Counted from the first letter of the stretch, positions 9,526-20,130 are shown. The stretch: 64,000 bases of DNA from Polyangiaceae bacterium (GCA_965222375.1 CBDCTZ010000015.1:96001-160000), one strand, 5' to 3'. The notes: generated by a model not told the origin, from the sequence alone. Translations and numbers: made by a program.

Positions 9526-10818
9526 GTGAAACTCACGACCTACGGTGCCACCGACGTCGGACGCTCTCGCGACCACAACGAAGACCACTTGCTCGTCGAC
9601 GACACCCTCGGGCTGTTCGTCGTCTGCGACGGCATGGGTGGCCACGCCTCGGGAGAAGTGGCGTCCGCAATGGCTGCGAACTCCGTGCGCGCGGTCGTCA
9701 GGGCGGAGCTTGGGGAGGTGGATGCCCAAAAAGATGAAGCTCGGCCTGCGGATTTCGTCGCGGACGTCATGCGACGAGCAGTGGAGGCGGCGAACAGCAG
9801 TGTGCACGCCCATGGCAAGAAGGAAGAGGCAGGCCGTGCAGCCGGCACGACTTGCACGGCGTTGTGCATCCGGGGAAACCGCGGAACCCTGGCCCACGTG
9901 GGCGACTCGCGGCTCTATCTGAAGCGCGGCGGCCAGACCCACCTTCTGTCTTTCGATCACAGCTTTTTGGCGGAGGCCATTCGGCGAGGCGTTCCTCGTG
10001 ACGAAGCCATTCAGAACTTCCCGCCCAACTTGTTGAGTCGGGCGGTTGGCCCCTTGCCCCGCGTGCAGGTCGACACCCTAGAGTTCGATATCCTGCCCGG
10101 GGATCTCTTTGTGCTCTGCTCGGATGGGCTGCACGGCTACTTTGCGTCGACAGAGGCGGCGGGCACCGAGCTGGATGGTGACCCTGCAACGCTGCCCAAG
10201 CGGCTCATTGACATGGCGAATGAACGGGGCGGCGCCGACAACATCACTGCACTGATCGTATGTGCGGGAGAGGCCGAGGCAGAGGAACCCGCCCGGATGT
10301 CCCGGGTACACGAAGACCTCTCCGCACTCCAGGCCATGGAGCTTTTCAACGAGCTGACCTACCCCGAGCTGCTCGAGGTGGCCGGCACACTGCGCAGCGA
10401 AGAGTTCGATGCAGGTCAGATCCTGCTGAAAGAGGGCGAAACCAGCCGAAGTCTCTACGTCATCGCCTCGGGCCGCGTCGAGGTCCGCCGAGGGGACACG
10501 CTGCTCGCTACCCTCAACAGCGGCAGCCACTTTGGGGAGATGGCGCTGCTGACCAATCGCCCGAGATCAGCGAACATCAGAACCCTCGAGCCCTGCCGGT
10601 TGCTCACCCTAGACCAAGACCAGATCTATCCGCTGTTCCAGCAGAACCCGGTCATCGGCCTGAAGTTCCTGTGGCGGCTCGCACAGATCCTGAGTCTGCG
10701 CTTGGACGAGGCGACGCTATTCACGTCACCGATTCCCGACACGGAGCGCATCAGCCCGGAAGAGGCAGGCAAGATCACGGACGAGCTTTTCCCGCCGCCC
10801 TTCAGCAAGAAGAACTGA
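9526..10818 (+). CDS. PP2C/PPM Ser/Thr phosphatase fused to a C-terminal cyclic-nucleotide-binding domain
   Basis: RDHNED, VCDGMGG, HVGDSR, LCSDGL, GGADNIT PPM motifs; FGEMALL..PRSANI phosphate-binding cassette. Confidence 0.9.
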   Translation: MKLTTYGATDVGRSRDHNEDHLLVDDTLGLFVVCDGMGGHASGEVASAMAANSVRAVVRAELGEVDAQKDEARPADFVADVMRRAVEAANSSVHAHGKKEEAGRAAGTTCTALCIRGNRGTLAHVGDSRLYLKRGGQTHLLSFDHSFLAEAIRRGVPRDEAIQNFPPNLLSRAVGPLPRVQVDTLEFDILPGDLFVLCSDGLHGYFASTEAAGTELDGDPATLPKRLIDMANERGGADNITALIVCAGEAEAEEPARMSRVHEDLSALQAMELFNELTYPELLEVAGTLRSEEFDAGQILLKEGETSRSLYVIASGRVEVRRGDTLLATLNSGSHFGEMALLTNRPRSANIRTLEPCRLLTLDQDQIYPLFQQNPVIGLKFLWRLAQILSLRLDEATLFTSPIPDTERISPEEAGKITDELFPPPFSKKN

Positions 10819-10923
10819 ATTTCCCGCAAATTTTGCGAATCGTCACGGATTCGAGCGCGGCATCCCAACCCGCGGATTTGTTTGCTAGGTTAGCCGCCCC
10901 CCTGAGAAAGGAGTGGCGCTCAA

Positions 10924-12757
10924 ATGGCCGAGGCACACACCAAACACGCTCAACTACTCTCCTGGGTCGAAGAAATGAAAGCGCTTTGCAAGCCAGAGCG
11001 CGTGTACTTCTGCGACGGCAGCGAAGAAGAGTATGACCGCCTGACCAAATTGCTGGTGGAAGCAGGCACGTTCATAAAGCTGAACGAAGAGAAACGCCCC
11101 AACAGCTTCCTCGCGCGTTCCGATCCGAAGGACGTCGCACGTGTAGAGGGGCGGACCTTCATCTGCTCCAACGCCAAAGGCGACGCAGGCCCCACCAACA
11201 ACTGGATGGCGCCAAAAGAGATGAAGGCGGAGATACGCAAGACTCTCGACGGCTGCATGCGTGGGCGCACTATGTACGTGGTGCCGTTCTCCATGGGACC
11301 CCTTGGCTCTCCCATCGCGCATCTGGGCGTACAGATCACGGATAGCCCCTACGTCGCGGTCAGCATGCGCATCATGACCCGCATGGGCCAAGGCGCGCTG
11401 GACGTTCTGGGCGAAAACGGCGAGTTCGTGCGCTGTGTGCACTCGGTGGCGCAGCCGCTGAGCCCGGGCCAAAAGGACGTGCCGTGGCCCTGCAATCCCG
11501 AAGCGCTGACGATCGCTCATTTCCCCGAGACCCGGGAAATCTGGAGCGTCGGCTCGGGCTACGGCGGCAACGCCTTGCTCGGCAAGAAGTGCCTAGCCCT
11601 TCGCATCGCCAGCACGATGGCCCGTGACGAGGGCTGGCTCGCGGAGCACATGCTGATCATGGGCGTTGAAAACCCAGATGGCGAAAAGACCTACGTTGCA
11701 GCCGCATTCCCTTCCGCTTGCGGCAAGACCAACTTCGCCATGCTGGTCCCGCCGGAAGGCTTCAAAGGCTGGAAGATCTTGACCGTTGGCGACGACATTG
11801 CCTGGATCAAGCCTGGCGAGGACGGCCGGCTGCACGCCATCAACCCCGAAGCTGGCTTCTTCGGCGTGGCGCCGGGCACCGGCGACCACACGAACCCGAA
11901 TGCGATGAAGGCGCTGACGAAGAACAGCATCTTCACCAATGTCGCGCTCACCGATGATGGGGACGTCTGGTGGGAGGGCATGACGGATGAGCCCCCGAAG
12001 CACTGCATCGACTGGCGTGGCAACGACTGGACTCCGGACTCCAAGACTCCAGCCGCACACCCTAACGCCCGCTTCACGGCGCCGCTGGCGCAGTGCCCAA
12101 CGGTGGATCCCCGTTGGGAAGACCCCAAAGGCGTTCCCATTCGCGCGTTCATCTTTGGCGGCCGTATGTCGAAGAACATGCCGCTGGTGTTTCAGGCCTT
12201 CAACTGGAGCCACGGCGTTTACCTCGCTGCCACCATGGGTTCCGAAAAGACAGCTGCGGCAGAAGGCCAGGCGGCGATGCGCCGGGACCCGATGGCGATG
12301 CTGCCGTTCTGCGGCTACAACATGGCCGACTACTGGGGCCACTGGCTCGACTTCGGTCGACGGATCCCCAACCCGCCGCGCATCTTCCGTGTCAATTGGT
12401 TCCGCAAGGACGAAAACGGCAAGTTCATCTGGCCCGGTTTTGGCGAGAACATGCGGGTGTTGAAGTGGGTTGTCGAACGCGTTCGGGGTCGCTCCTACGC
12501 GGTCGAAAGCCCCTTGGGTTGGATGCCCCCGCTACGAGGACCTCCATTGGGAAGGCATCGACTTCCCGCCGGAGCGCTACAACGACATCATGCAAGTCAG
12601 TCGCGAAGCGGGACGGGACGAGGCTTCGCAGCACGAAACGCACTTCGATCGCTTCTACGACCGGCTGCCCAAGGAGCTGCTGTACGAACGGGAGTTGCTA
12701 CGTTCTCGCCTGTGGCGTTCGCCAGAAACCTGGGAACTCGCCGACGAGCGCGGCTAG
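10924..12757 (+). CDS. pckG: Phosphoenolpyruvate carboxykinase (GTP), with a +1 frameshift at the C-run 12526-12530
   Basis: [51 protein letters not shown]; the C-terminus ([13 protein letters not shown]...) continues in another frame to TAG at 12757. Confidence 0.93.
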
Positions 12758-14628
12758 CCAACCAGCTTCAGCCGGGTCTTGCCGTCAGCCGCGTCTTGTC
12801 CACGCGTCACGACGGTTCCGAGACCTGGCGGAAGCGGTAGGTTCTGGTGCTTGGCGTAAACGCCATGTTTGCCGTGGGTGCGATACCACTCGCCCACGCT
12901 GGCGGTCTGGTGCATCTTCTCGACGATTTGTCGAAACCCCACGCCGGTGTTGTAGGCACAAAAGGAGATCTCCCCCTGCTGGGTACCGTAGGGGATGATG
13001 CACATCTCCGTTCGCCGGAAGTCGTAGTTCCAAAGGTCCTGAAACCACATGCCAGCTACGAATAGAAAGCGCCAATCGAACTCGTCGGCATCCCCCTCGC
13101 TCGCCCCGACGCGGCTGCCCTTGGCACCCATTTGCGACAGTACTTGCCGAATGAGTTCGAGCAAGCCGTAGCCTTCCGGTGCCCGCTCCGGACGATAGGC
13201 TTTGAGGAGCGCCAGCCCCATCGCCAACATCGTGCGTTTCTTGCCGTAGCCTGCGTCCGCAATCACTCGCAGGTCTTTCAGAAAGCCGTCCACGTCCACG
13301 AATTCCGACAGGGGCAGCATGCGCTTGGTTTTCTTGTGCACCAAGAGCACTGTGCCAATGCCGCAGTTGGGGTGGCAGCCACACTTGAGCGCGCCGAAGT
13401 CTGCGCTTTCGCCGAGCATGAGATCCAAGACATCGCTGAAGGGATTCATCGCCGACAGCGGGTACCAGTCTCGGAGCGGCTGGGTTACCTTCAGTTGGTC
13501 GCTCAGATCGTGCACGAGATGACTCAGAGTGTAGCGCTGCTGCTTACGCTGGGCATCGCTGATTTCCTCATCCCGCCCTGTGAAGCTCACGGGCTGGAAC
13601 GACACGACCGTGACCTTATCGGCATTGTCGATGGCGAAGCGCACGATGTCGCCCACTTGGTCGTCGTTGACACCACGCGCGACAGTGACGACCAGCACCA
13701 CATCGATGCCGGCTGCGTGGAGATTCTCGATGGCGCGACACTTCACGTCGAAGAGGTTGCCCACCTTGCGGTGCCAGTGGGCGTCGTTTGAGACGCCATC
13801 GAATTGCAGATACGCCAGGCGCAGACCGGCGCGTTTCGCCTTGCGGCAGAACTCCGGGTCTTGGGCGAAGCGCACACCGTTGGTAGCGCACTGCACGCAG
13901 AAGTAGCCGGCATCCCGAGCGTATTTGATGGCGTCGAGGAAGTGCGGACTGAGGCAAGGCTCCCCACCAGAAAACTGCACACTCATCTGCCTGCGCGGCT
14001 TCACGGACAGGGAGTCGTCCAGGATTTTCGTGACGTCGGACCAAGTCAGCTCGTGCACGTAGCCGACTTGGTTGGCATCCATGAAGCATGGATCGCACAT
14101 CATGTTGCAACGATTCGTCAGGTCCACGGTCAGCACCGCACCGCGGCCGTATTTCACACTGCTGGCGCCGTGGTCGCGGAGGGGAGACTTGGGTGCCAAG
14201 TAGTCCCGCCCCGGGAATAGACTCTCCATGCGCGCCAGAAACTCCGGGTCGATGCTCAACACGTCTTCGAACTCGCCGTGCTTTGGACAGCACTTCTCCA
14301 TCCGGATCTCTCCGCCGCGCTCCAAGATTTGAGCGCGGATCTCCCCGGGGTGCTCGAAGACGAGTTCATGCAGGGGTCGGTCGCCGGCCAGTACTTGAGC
14401 TCGAACCTCTTTCACGCATTCAGGGCAGAGCGAATCCGTTTCGCGTGGAAACCCCAGGCTGGGAAAGCTGCGGGCTTCGCCGCGAATCAGCGGACCTGGC
14501 GCCCACTTGGGCGACGTGGAGGGCGCGGGCACGGCCGCGGCGACGCGGCCAAACAGCCGAAACAACTGGCGCGCGCCTCGGGTGACACCCCGCTCCAGCA
14601 GCGCCCGACGGCCCGTAAGAAAGCTCAT
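12754..14628 (-). CDS. Radical SAM protein, tetraether synthase (Tes/GDGT-MAS, MJ0619)-like family
   Basis: SLCPEC...[55 protein letters not shown]...CII.Y...ISFCAYN. Confidence 0.8.
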   Translation of the reverse strand: MSFLTGRRALLERGVTRGARQLFRLFGRVAAAVPAPSTSPKWAPGPLIRGEARSFPSLGFPRETDSLCPECVKEVRAQVLAGDRPLHELVFEHPGEIRAQILERGGEIRMEKCCPKHGEFEDVLSIDPEFLARMESLFPGRDYLAPKSPLRDHGASSVKYGRGAVLTVDLTNRCNMMCDPCFMDANQVGYVHELTWSDVTKILDDSLSVKPRRQMSVQFSGGEPCLSPHFLDAIKYARDAGYFCVQCATNGVRFAQDPEFCRKAKRAGLRLAYLQFDGVSNDAHWHRKVGNLFDVKCRAIENLHAAGIDVVLVVTVARGVNDDQVGDIVRFAIDNADKVTVVSFQPVSFTGRDEEISDAQRKQQRYTLSHLVHDLSDQLKVTQPLRDWYPLSAMNPFSDVLDLMLGESADFGALKCGCHPNCGIGTVLLVHKKTKRMLPLSEFVDVDGFLKDLRVIADAGYGKKRTMLAMGLALLKAYRPERAPEGYGLLELIRQVLSQMGAKGSRVGASEGDADEFDWRFLFVAGMWFQDLWNYDFRRTEMCIIPYGTQQGEISFCAYNTGVGFRQIVEKMHQTASVGEWYRTHGKHGVYAKHQNLPLPPGLGTVVTRGQDAADGKTRLKLVG

Positions 14629-14726
14629 GCCGAGAGAATAGCGAAAATTCAGTCCAAAAACCGCGTCACGCAGCAAGTGTATGATCTTGGCACTGCTTTC
14701 CGTTCCGATCTCACGGGAACACGGCC

Positions 14727-15341
14727 GTGCCTGGACCTTCTGCCGCCAACAAAGCCCGCATCTGGGCAGCTCGCATCGCCTTGGCCGCAGCCGCCGCGGC
14801 TTGCCTGGCCACCTCCCGGCCAACCATGCGGCGGAACTACCCTAGCTGGCAGCTGCAACATCTCGGCGAGCGAAAGCTCGCGTGCACGCGTTTCGACGCT
14901 TATGTGAAGAAGAGCGGCAAAACCGGCGTGGGCATCGTACTCGCGTTCAGACCAGAAAGGACCCCATGCGCGATCGCAGTGCTTGCCGCTGGCCTCGACA
15001 TCGGCGGCGAGCGAGTGCCCGCCTCGGCCCTCCCCATAGTCTCGGAGAGCGACGGGCCCCAATTCGTCTACCTGGCGTTTCCCTTCGATAACGAAGCCGC
15101 CTGGAACGAGGAGCGCAGACAAGGCTCCTTTTACCTGAAGCTCAATGTTGGGGGGCGGCTCGAAGAGTTGGCGTTTTCCATGAAGCACCGATGGGATGCC
15201 ACCCATGTCAGCGAACGTGACATGGGCCGACCTGCGCCCTCAGCGTCACGACACCCAGCACCGCCCACCTCGACTCCGCTCGCACCCGCCGCTCCCGAGT
15301 CCTCGGGCCCGAGCTTCGCCGAACCTCCGCCGGGACCATGA
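14727..15341 (+). CDS. Hypothetical lipoprotein
   Basis: ALAAAAAAC lipobox-like N-terminus, Pro-rich tail; ATGA overlap with the next gene. Confidence 0.6.
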   Translation: MPGPSAANKARIWAARIALAAAAAACLATSRPTMRRNYPSWQLQHLGERKLACTRFDAYVKKSGKTGVGIVLAFRPERTPCAIAVLAAGLDIGGERVPASALPIVSESDGPQFVYLAFPFDNEAAWNEERRQGSFYLKLNVGGRLEELAFSMKHRWDATHVSERDMGRPAPSASRHPAPPTSTPLAPAAPESSGPSFAEPPPGP

Positions 15342-15931
15342 CGCGCTACTTCGCCATGAGCATCGCGCTGTGTGCGTGGAGCGCAACGGCGTGCACGCAC
15401 AGTCATCTGCCACGGAACGCCCCCGGGCATGTGCGCGTGGAGGTCCCACCGGAGAACATGGCCAACCCCGAGCCAGAACTGCCCGAGGATCCTGGCGAGC
15501 GCATGCTCATCGTGAGCTACGGCGTTTTCGCCGGAGGCGGTGTGCTGGCCGAAGAAGATGCGGATTTAGCGGGCGATTACGGCCTCGGGCCCGAGATTTC
15601 GGTCGAACTGGGCGACCGAAATCGCAGCCACTTCCAGGACGACTTCTTCGTACTTCCAGATCGCAGCTTAGGATTGCGATTTGGTCTCAACGTCTTGGAT
15701 TCCAAGCTCGAGCCTCCCGGCGCGGGCTTTTCAGAGTTCGCCTACACCGACGAGTTCGTCCGAGCCGGCGCTGGCTGGGCCTGGGACGCGGATGACGCGC
15801 GGCACGGGCCTCATGCGACTTTGGCTGCTGGCCCGTTCTTTGTGCGAGGCATGCATCTCCTCGACTACGGGACCTCCGTGCACGCAGGTCTACTGATTGG
15901 CGGAAGTCACGCCTGGATCTGGAGTCGCTGA
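15338..15931 (+). CDS. Hypothetical lipoprotein/outer-membrane protein
   Basis: ATAC lipobox-like motif; alternating Gly/aromatic beta-strand pattern. Confidence 0.65.
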   Translation: MTRYFAMSIALCAWSATACTHSHLPRNAPGHVRVEVPPENMANPEPELPEDPGERMLIVSYGVFAGGGVLAEEDADLAGDYGLGPEISVELGDRNRSHFQDDFFVLPDRSLGLRFGLNVLDSKLEPPGAGFSEFAYTDEFVRAGAGWAWDADDARHGPHATLAAGPFFVRGMHLLDYGTSVHAGLLIGGSHAWIWSR

Positions 15932-16017
15932 GCCCACGGTTTTCTTCTGGCGTTGGATCCAAAGAGACGGCAGACCAATACGTTTGATAGAGTGCGTCAC
16001 GCCAGAGGGAGGCTACT

Positions 16018-16731
16018 TTGCGACATCGGCTGATCGGGTTTTGTTGTGCGTTTCTGTTTTCAACGACCGCCTCCGCGGACCTGATTCCCGACGGCTTTCG
16101 CTCCGTGAAACTATCGATCCAGGTCGATGCAGAAGTACCCAAAGGGCGTGTACTGGTCTTGGCCAACACTTTCCGCGGCGCAAACGTGCTTCCAGTGGGC
16201 AAGGTAGAGAAGGTCAGCTGGCATCCAATGGCCGGCGAGATGCGGGTGGTCTCTCTGGCGGAAAGCGATGCCCAGGAGCTGACTAAGGCGGCCGGCCCTC
16301 GCATTGAGCCAGCAATACTCAAACAGATTCTAGCCAAAGGCAAAGCCTGCTCGGACCCTTTTCCGGGTGTGCGCACGGTCCCCAAAACGAACCCGGCCCA
16401 CGAAGTGCGCTGGCGATTTCGGATCTCATTCAAAGGCGATTCGTGTCAGGCGGACGAGTTCGCAACCCAGTACCTGTCCAAAGATGGCCAAATCGTGGGC
16501 AGCGGGAGCGACAACACCGAAAAACCCACCAAACCCACAGCACCCAAGCCTGTGGTCGCGTCAAAGCAACCCGCAACCCCTCCGGCGGCCCCGACCACGG
16601 CTCCTACTCCCCAGCCCAAGAAGTCCGGCTGCGGCAGCTGCCAGGTTGGAGCGCCCTCTCCTGCTCCGCTCTCAGCGTTGGCAATGGTCGGGCTAACTGG
16701 ATTCGCTCTGAGGCGCCGGAAAAGAAGTTAG
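16018..16731 (+). CDS. Secreted protein with MYXO-CTERM-type sorting tail
   Basis: Signal peptide (ASA/D), Pro/Thr linker, SGCGSC + hydrophobic stretch + RRRKR tail. Confidence 0.75.
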   Translation: MRHRLIGFCCAFLFSTTASADLIPDGFRSVKLSIQVDAEVPKGRVLVLANTFRGANVLPVGKVEKVSWHPMAGEMRVVSLAESDAQELTKAAGPRIEPAILKQILAKGKACSDPFPGVRTVPKTNPAHEVRWRFRISFKGDSCQADEFATQYLSKDGQIVGSGSDNTEKPTKPTAPKPVVASKQPATPPAAPTTAPTPQPKKSGCGSCQVGAPSPAPLSALAMVGLTGFALRRRKRS

Positions 16732-16765
16732 TCACACTCTGGCGGCGTCGCGCGATGAAAGACGC

Positions 16766-17818
16766 ATGAAGCCACACACTATCGCGTGTCTGCTGTGTGT
16801 CAGCGCTTGCACGACGGGCCCAGAGCTTACCCAACAACGCCAACCGGGTCCGGTCGTCGCACCGATGGCTGCAGCTCGCCCCACAGCGCCAACGACCACG
16901 GATCAAGCTACAGCGCCGGCGACAACCCAACCGAAACCGCAACCGGCAACCACCAACTACGACCTATCCGCGGATCTCGAGTTTCGAAACAAGGAGCTGA
17001 AGGCCGAGTTGGGCAAGCACACCGCAACTGCCCTCGCGGGCGGCGTGTTCTTGCTCGCTTCGCCCGCAGGAAAGGGCGCGCTAGCAGGTCCCCTGGACGT
17101 CACTCGGAGGGCCTTGGAGGCTCTGTTCAACGGCCGCTTCGGGAAGCGCCCGGCACGAGCCATCTCCGTCCTGCTGTTCCCAGAAGCGCGAAGCTACTCC
17201 GCGCACTGCAAGAAGCGCTATGGACGCCCCTGCACTTCGCCCTACGGCTTTTACGTTCACACCGAGCGGCGCATCGTCATGAACGTGGGCCTCGGCGTCG
17301 GGACCCTGACCCATGAGTTGGTCCACCCCATCGTCGAGACGGACTTTCCCAATGCACCGACCTGGCTCAATGAAGGCATCGCCTCTCTCTACGAACAGTT
17401 CTCCATGCCGCGTAAAGGCGAAATCCACGGCTGGAAGAACTGGCGCTATCCGCGTCTGATCCAGGGGCTGCGCTCGAAGAGTGAACGGCACATGGCCTCG
17501 CCAGCGGCCCTGTTCAGCATGAGCGACAGCACTTTCCGCGGAGACCGTGAGGACCTCAACTACGCCACCGCGCGCTACTTCTGCCAATGGCTCGACGGCA
17601 AGAAGCTGCTCTGGGCCTTCTACCAGCGCTACCGCGACACCCACTCGACGGACCCGAGTGGCGTCACCGCTTTCAGAGAAGTCGTGGGGCGAACACCGAA
17701 AAAAGTGCACACAGAATGGGCCCGCTGGGTGCGCGCGCTGTCGGCCGCGAGTTACCGCGTCGTTGGAAAAGAGTCGCACAGGGCTCGACCGGGAAGGGAG
17801 CGTCGTGACCCACCGTAG
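16766..17818 (+). CDS. Lipoprotein, gluzincin-like metallopeptidase (peptidase MA/DUF1570-like)
   Basis: VSAC lipobox; THELVH followed by WLNEGIAS. Confidence 0.75.
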   Translation: MKPHTIACLLCVSACTTGPELTQQRQPGPVVAPMAAARPTAPTTTDQATAPATTQPKPQPATTNYDLSADLEFRNKELKAELGKHTATALAGGVFLLASPAGKGALAGPLDVTRRALEALFNGRFGKRPARAISVLLFPEARSYSAHCKKRYGRPCTSPYGFYVHTERRIVMNVGLGVGTLTHELVHPIVETDFPNAPTWLNEGIASLYEQFSMPRKGEIHGWKNWRYPRLIQGLRSKSERHMASPAALFSMSDSTFRGDREDLNYATARYFCQWLDGKKLLWAFYQRYRDTHSTDPSGVTAFREVVGRTPKKVHTEWARWVRALSAASYRVVGKESHRARPGRERRDPP

Positions 17819-17829
17819 TAGGCGTCGCC

Positions 17830-19296
17830 ATGCGTTTCCAAAGCCTAGCCGCCACGGTCTTCGTCTCGTCAATCTTCTCCATGGGCTGCAGCAGCGGCGC
17901 GGGCGGCGGAGGCGCCGCCTCGTGCGTTGACGGGGGCGCCTGCCCCAGTGGCTTCGTGTGCGGCGCCAGTGGAGTGTGTGAACCCGTTGCCGGAATCGGC
18001 GGCGCTGGGGCCGGCGCCGGCAGCGGGGGGTTCGGCAACTTCGGCGGCCACGCCGGCGCCTCGGGCTCTGGAACGGGCGGCTTCGGCGGCTTTGGCGCTG
18101 TTGGCGGCAACTCCGGAAGTGCGGGCGTCGCAGGGTTCTCGGGCAGTTCAGGCAGCTCGGGCAGCTCGGGCAGCGGCGGTAGCGCAGGAGCTACGGGCTT
18201 CTGCGGGGACAACACCAAGAACGGAACCGAAGACTGCGACGATAACGGCGACTCGGCGTCCTGCGATGGAGACTGCACCTTCGTGGCGTGCGCCGACGGC
18301 TACCACAACAAGGTGGCCGAGCCCTGCGACGACGGCTTCGAGACGGCCGCTTGCAACGCGGATTGCACCCTGGCCAAGTGTGGCGACAACAAGATCAACA
18401 AAGCCGCCGGCGAAGAGTGCGACGACGGCGGGACGAGCAGCGGTGACGGCTGTAGCAGCACCTGCAAGACCGAGCTCTCCGGCGTCGGCGAAGACTGCAG
18501 CTCGGCCATTCCACTCAAGCTCGGCTCCAACAGCCTGAATTGGACCGCGAGCATCAACAACTACTTGAAGACCACGCCAGCTTGCGTGACCACCGGATCG
18601 ACCACGGGCCCCGACGTCGTGTTCTCCTACACCGCCGCAAGCACCGGTTCGTTGAAGTACACCATCAGCAAGCCGACCTCCACGCGCTGGGTCGCGACGA
18701 CCTCAGCGGGCACCTGCGGCAACGGCGCCGTGCAAACCTCTTGCGTCTCGGACTACAGCGCGTCGAGCATGGTCACGACCGTCAACGTAACCGCCGGGAC
18801 CACCTACTATCTGTACCTCGTGGACAACACCAGCGGCAGCAATCCGCTGAGCAACCCCGTCAGCATCAACCTAGCTCTGACCCCGACGGCCACCGGCACG
18901 GGCGAAGACTGTTCCTCGGTGATCCCCCTTCAGCTCGGCGCCAATACCATCAACTGGACGGCCACCAAGAAGGACTACGTGCCCACGACGAACAGCTGCT
19001 CGAGCACCTACTCGTCGACTGGCCCAGACGTCGTGATGAGCTACACGCCGTCGCTGTCCGGCACGGTGTCCTATACGATTGCCAAACCGTCTTCGACGCG
19101 CTGGGTTGCCCTGGTGGAAAACGGCAGCTGCGGCTTCGGCCTGAGCTCGCCCTTGAGCTGCACTTCGGCCTACTCCGGCACGAGCATGAGCGGGTCATTC
19201 TCTGCCACAGGCGGCACTACCTACTACTTCTACGTCGCCGACACGACCAGCGGTTCCAATCCGCTGAGTAACCCATTCACGATCACGCTGAACTGA
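17830..19296 (+). CDS. Lipoprotein with DUF4215-type Cys repeats and a duplicated ~130-aa beta-rich domain
   Basis: SMGC lipobox; CGD..GEECDDG..SGDGCSSTC motifs; two copies of GEDCSS.IPL...GPDVV.SYT...GTTYY...SGSNPLSNP. Confidence 0.85.
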   Translation: MRFQSLAATVFVSSIFSMGCSSGAGGGGAASCVDGGACPSGFVCGASGVCEPVAGIGGAGAGAGSGGFGNFGGHAGASGSGTGGFGGFGAVGGNSGSAGVAGFSGSSGSSGSSGSGGSAGATGFCGDNTKNGTEDCDDNGDSASCDGDCTFVACADGYHNKVAEPCDDGFETAACNADCTLAKCGDNKINKAAGEECDDGGTSSGDGCSSTCKTELSGVGEDCSSAIPLKLGSNSLNWTASINNYLKTTPACVTTGSTTGPDVVFSYTAASTGSLKYTISKPTSTRWVATTSAGTCGNGAVQTSCVSDYSASSMVTTVNVTAGTTYYLYLVDNTSGSNPLSNPVSINLALTPTATGTGEDCSSVIPLQLGANTINWTATKKDYVPTTNSCSSTYSSTGPDVVMSYTPSLSGTVSYTIAKPSSTRWVALVENGSCGFGLSSPLSCTSAYSGTSMSGSFSATGGTTYYFYVADTTSGSNPLSNPFTITLN

Positions 19297-19400
19297 CCAG
19301 CCAACGAGACCCAACCCGGGAGCCAAACGGCGACGAGGCTGCGAGAGGGATCCTTGTCGCTGGTGGTTTGATTGGATGCCCCCCAAACAACTCGTCGATA

Positions 19401-19479
19401 CCCGGTGCGGCGTGCTCGGCTGTCGCCTGCGCCGCCGCGGCCCCCCTTAGCTGCGCGCCGCGCAGCCGGAGGGCCCACG
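19401..19479. repeat. Dispersed intergenic repeat, copy 1 (REP/MITE-like or ncRNA)
   Basis: CCCGGTGCGGCGTGCTCGGCT...CGCCTGCGCCGCCGCGGCCCCCCTT.GCTGCGC...CGCAGCCGGAGGGCCCACG, near-identical to 31755-31836. Confidence 0.8.
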
Positions 19480-19617
19480 AGCTGCCGGCGCAAAGCGGGA
19501 CCCCGCTCGAGAGTAGTGCTGCAGCGCCGCCCCAGAGTTGCGACCCCAAACCAACCTCGAAGGCCTTGGTTCAATCGCAGTCGCGGCTGGTTCCTTCGGC
19601 TAGGCGTCGGAGCGCCC

Positions 19618-20130
19618 TCATGAGCTGGTTGCTCGGCTGATCAGAGCTTTGCCAATACTACGACGAGCCAGATGCACTGCCTTGTTGAAGGCATCCAGGG
19701 CAGCCACCACGGGGCGCAGGTTGGCGGGCAGGACGTACTCGGTGAGCTCGATGACCACGCCATCGGGCGCGGTGAAATAGACGTAGCGCAACGACCCGGT
19801 GCCCCGAGGTGCGCTGTGCACGTCAATGCCCGCGCCTTTCAGCTTTGCAATCAACGGTTCGAGCTTGCGCACGTTGATGCCCAAATGCGCAACGCCGTAG
19901 CCGTGTGTGAGCGCACCGTCGCCGTGGGCGGCCGGTTTGCGCGGCGTGATCCCCGGTGGGTAGCCGCTGACGGCGAGAAACTGCCCGCCGAGAAGCAAGA
20001 TGTGGTTCTTGCCGCCATGACTATTGGGAATCGCACCCACAAGTTCCGCTCCCATGACATCCTGGTAAAAACTCAAGGACGCATCGAGGTCCTCGGCATA
20101 GAAGTGAACGTGGTCGAAGTTTGTGATCAT
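19618..20130 (-). CDS. VOC/glyoxalase family protein
   Basis: FDHVHF..EDLDASLSFY, HLGINV, YFTAPDGVVIELTE. Confidence 0.85.
   Translation of the reverse strand: MITNFDHVHFYAEDLDASLSFYQDVMGAELVGAIPNSHGGKNHILLLGGQFLAVSGYPPGITPRKPAAHGDGALTHGYGVAHLGINVRKLEPLIAKLKGAGIDVHSAPRGTGSLRYVYFTAPDGVVIELTEYVLPANLRPVVAALDAFNKAVHLARRSIGKALISRATSS

Noticed and set aside
12754..14628. MoaA or pterin dimethyltransferase annotation
   Set aside because: No MoaA C-terminal Cx2Cx13C/GG motif; the methyltransferase label is an older assignment for the MJ0619 family.
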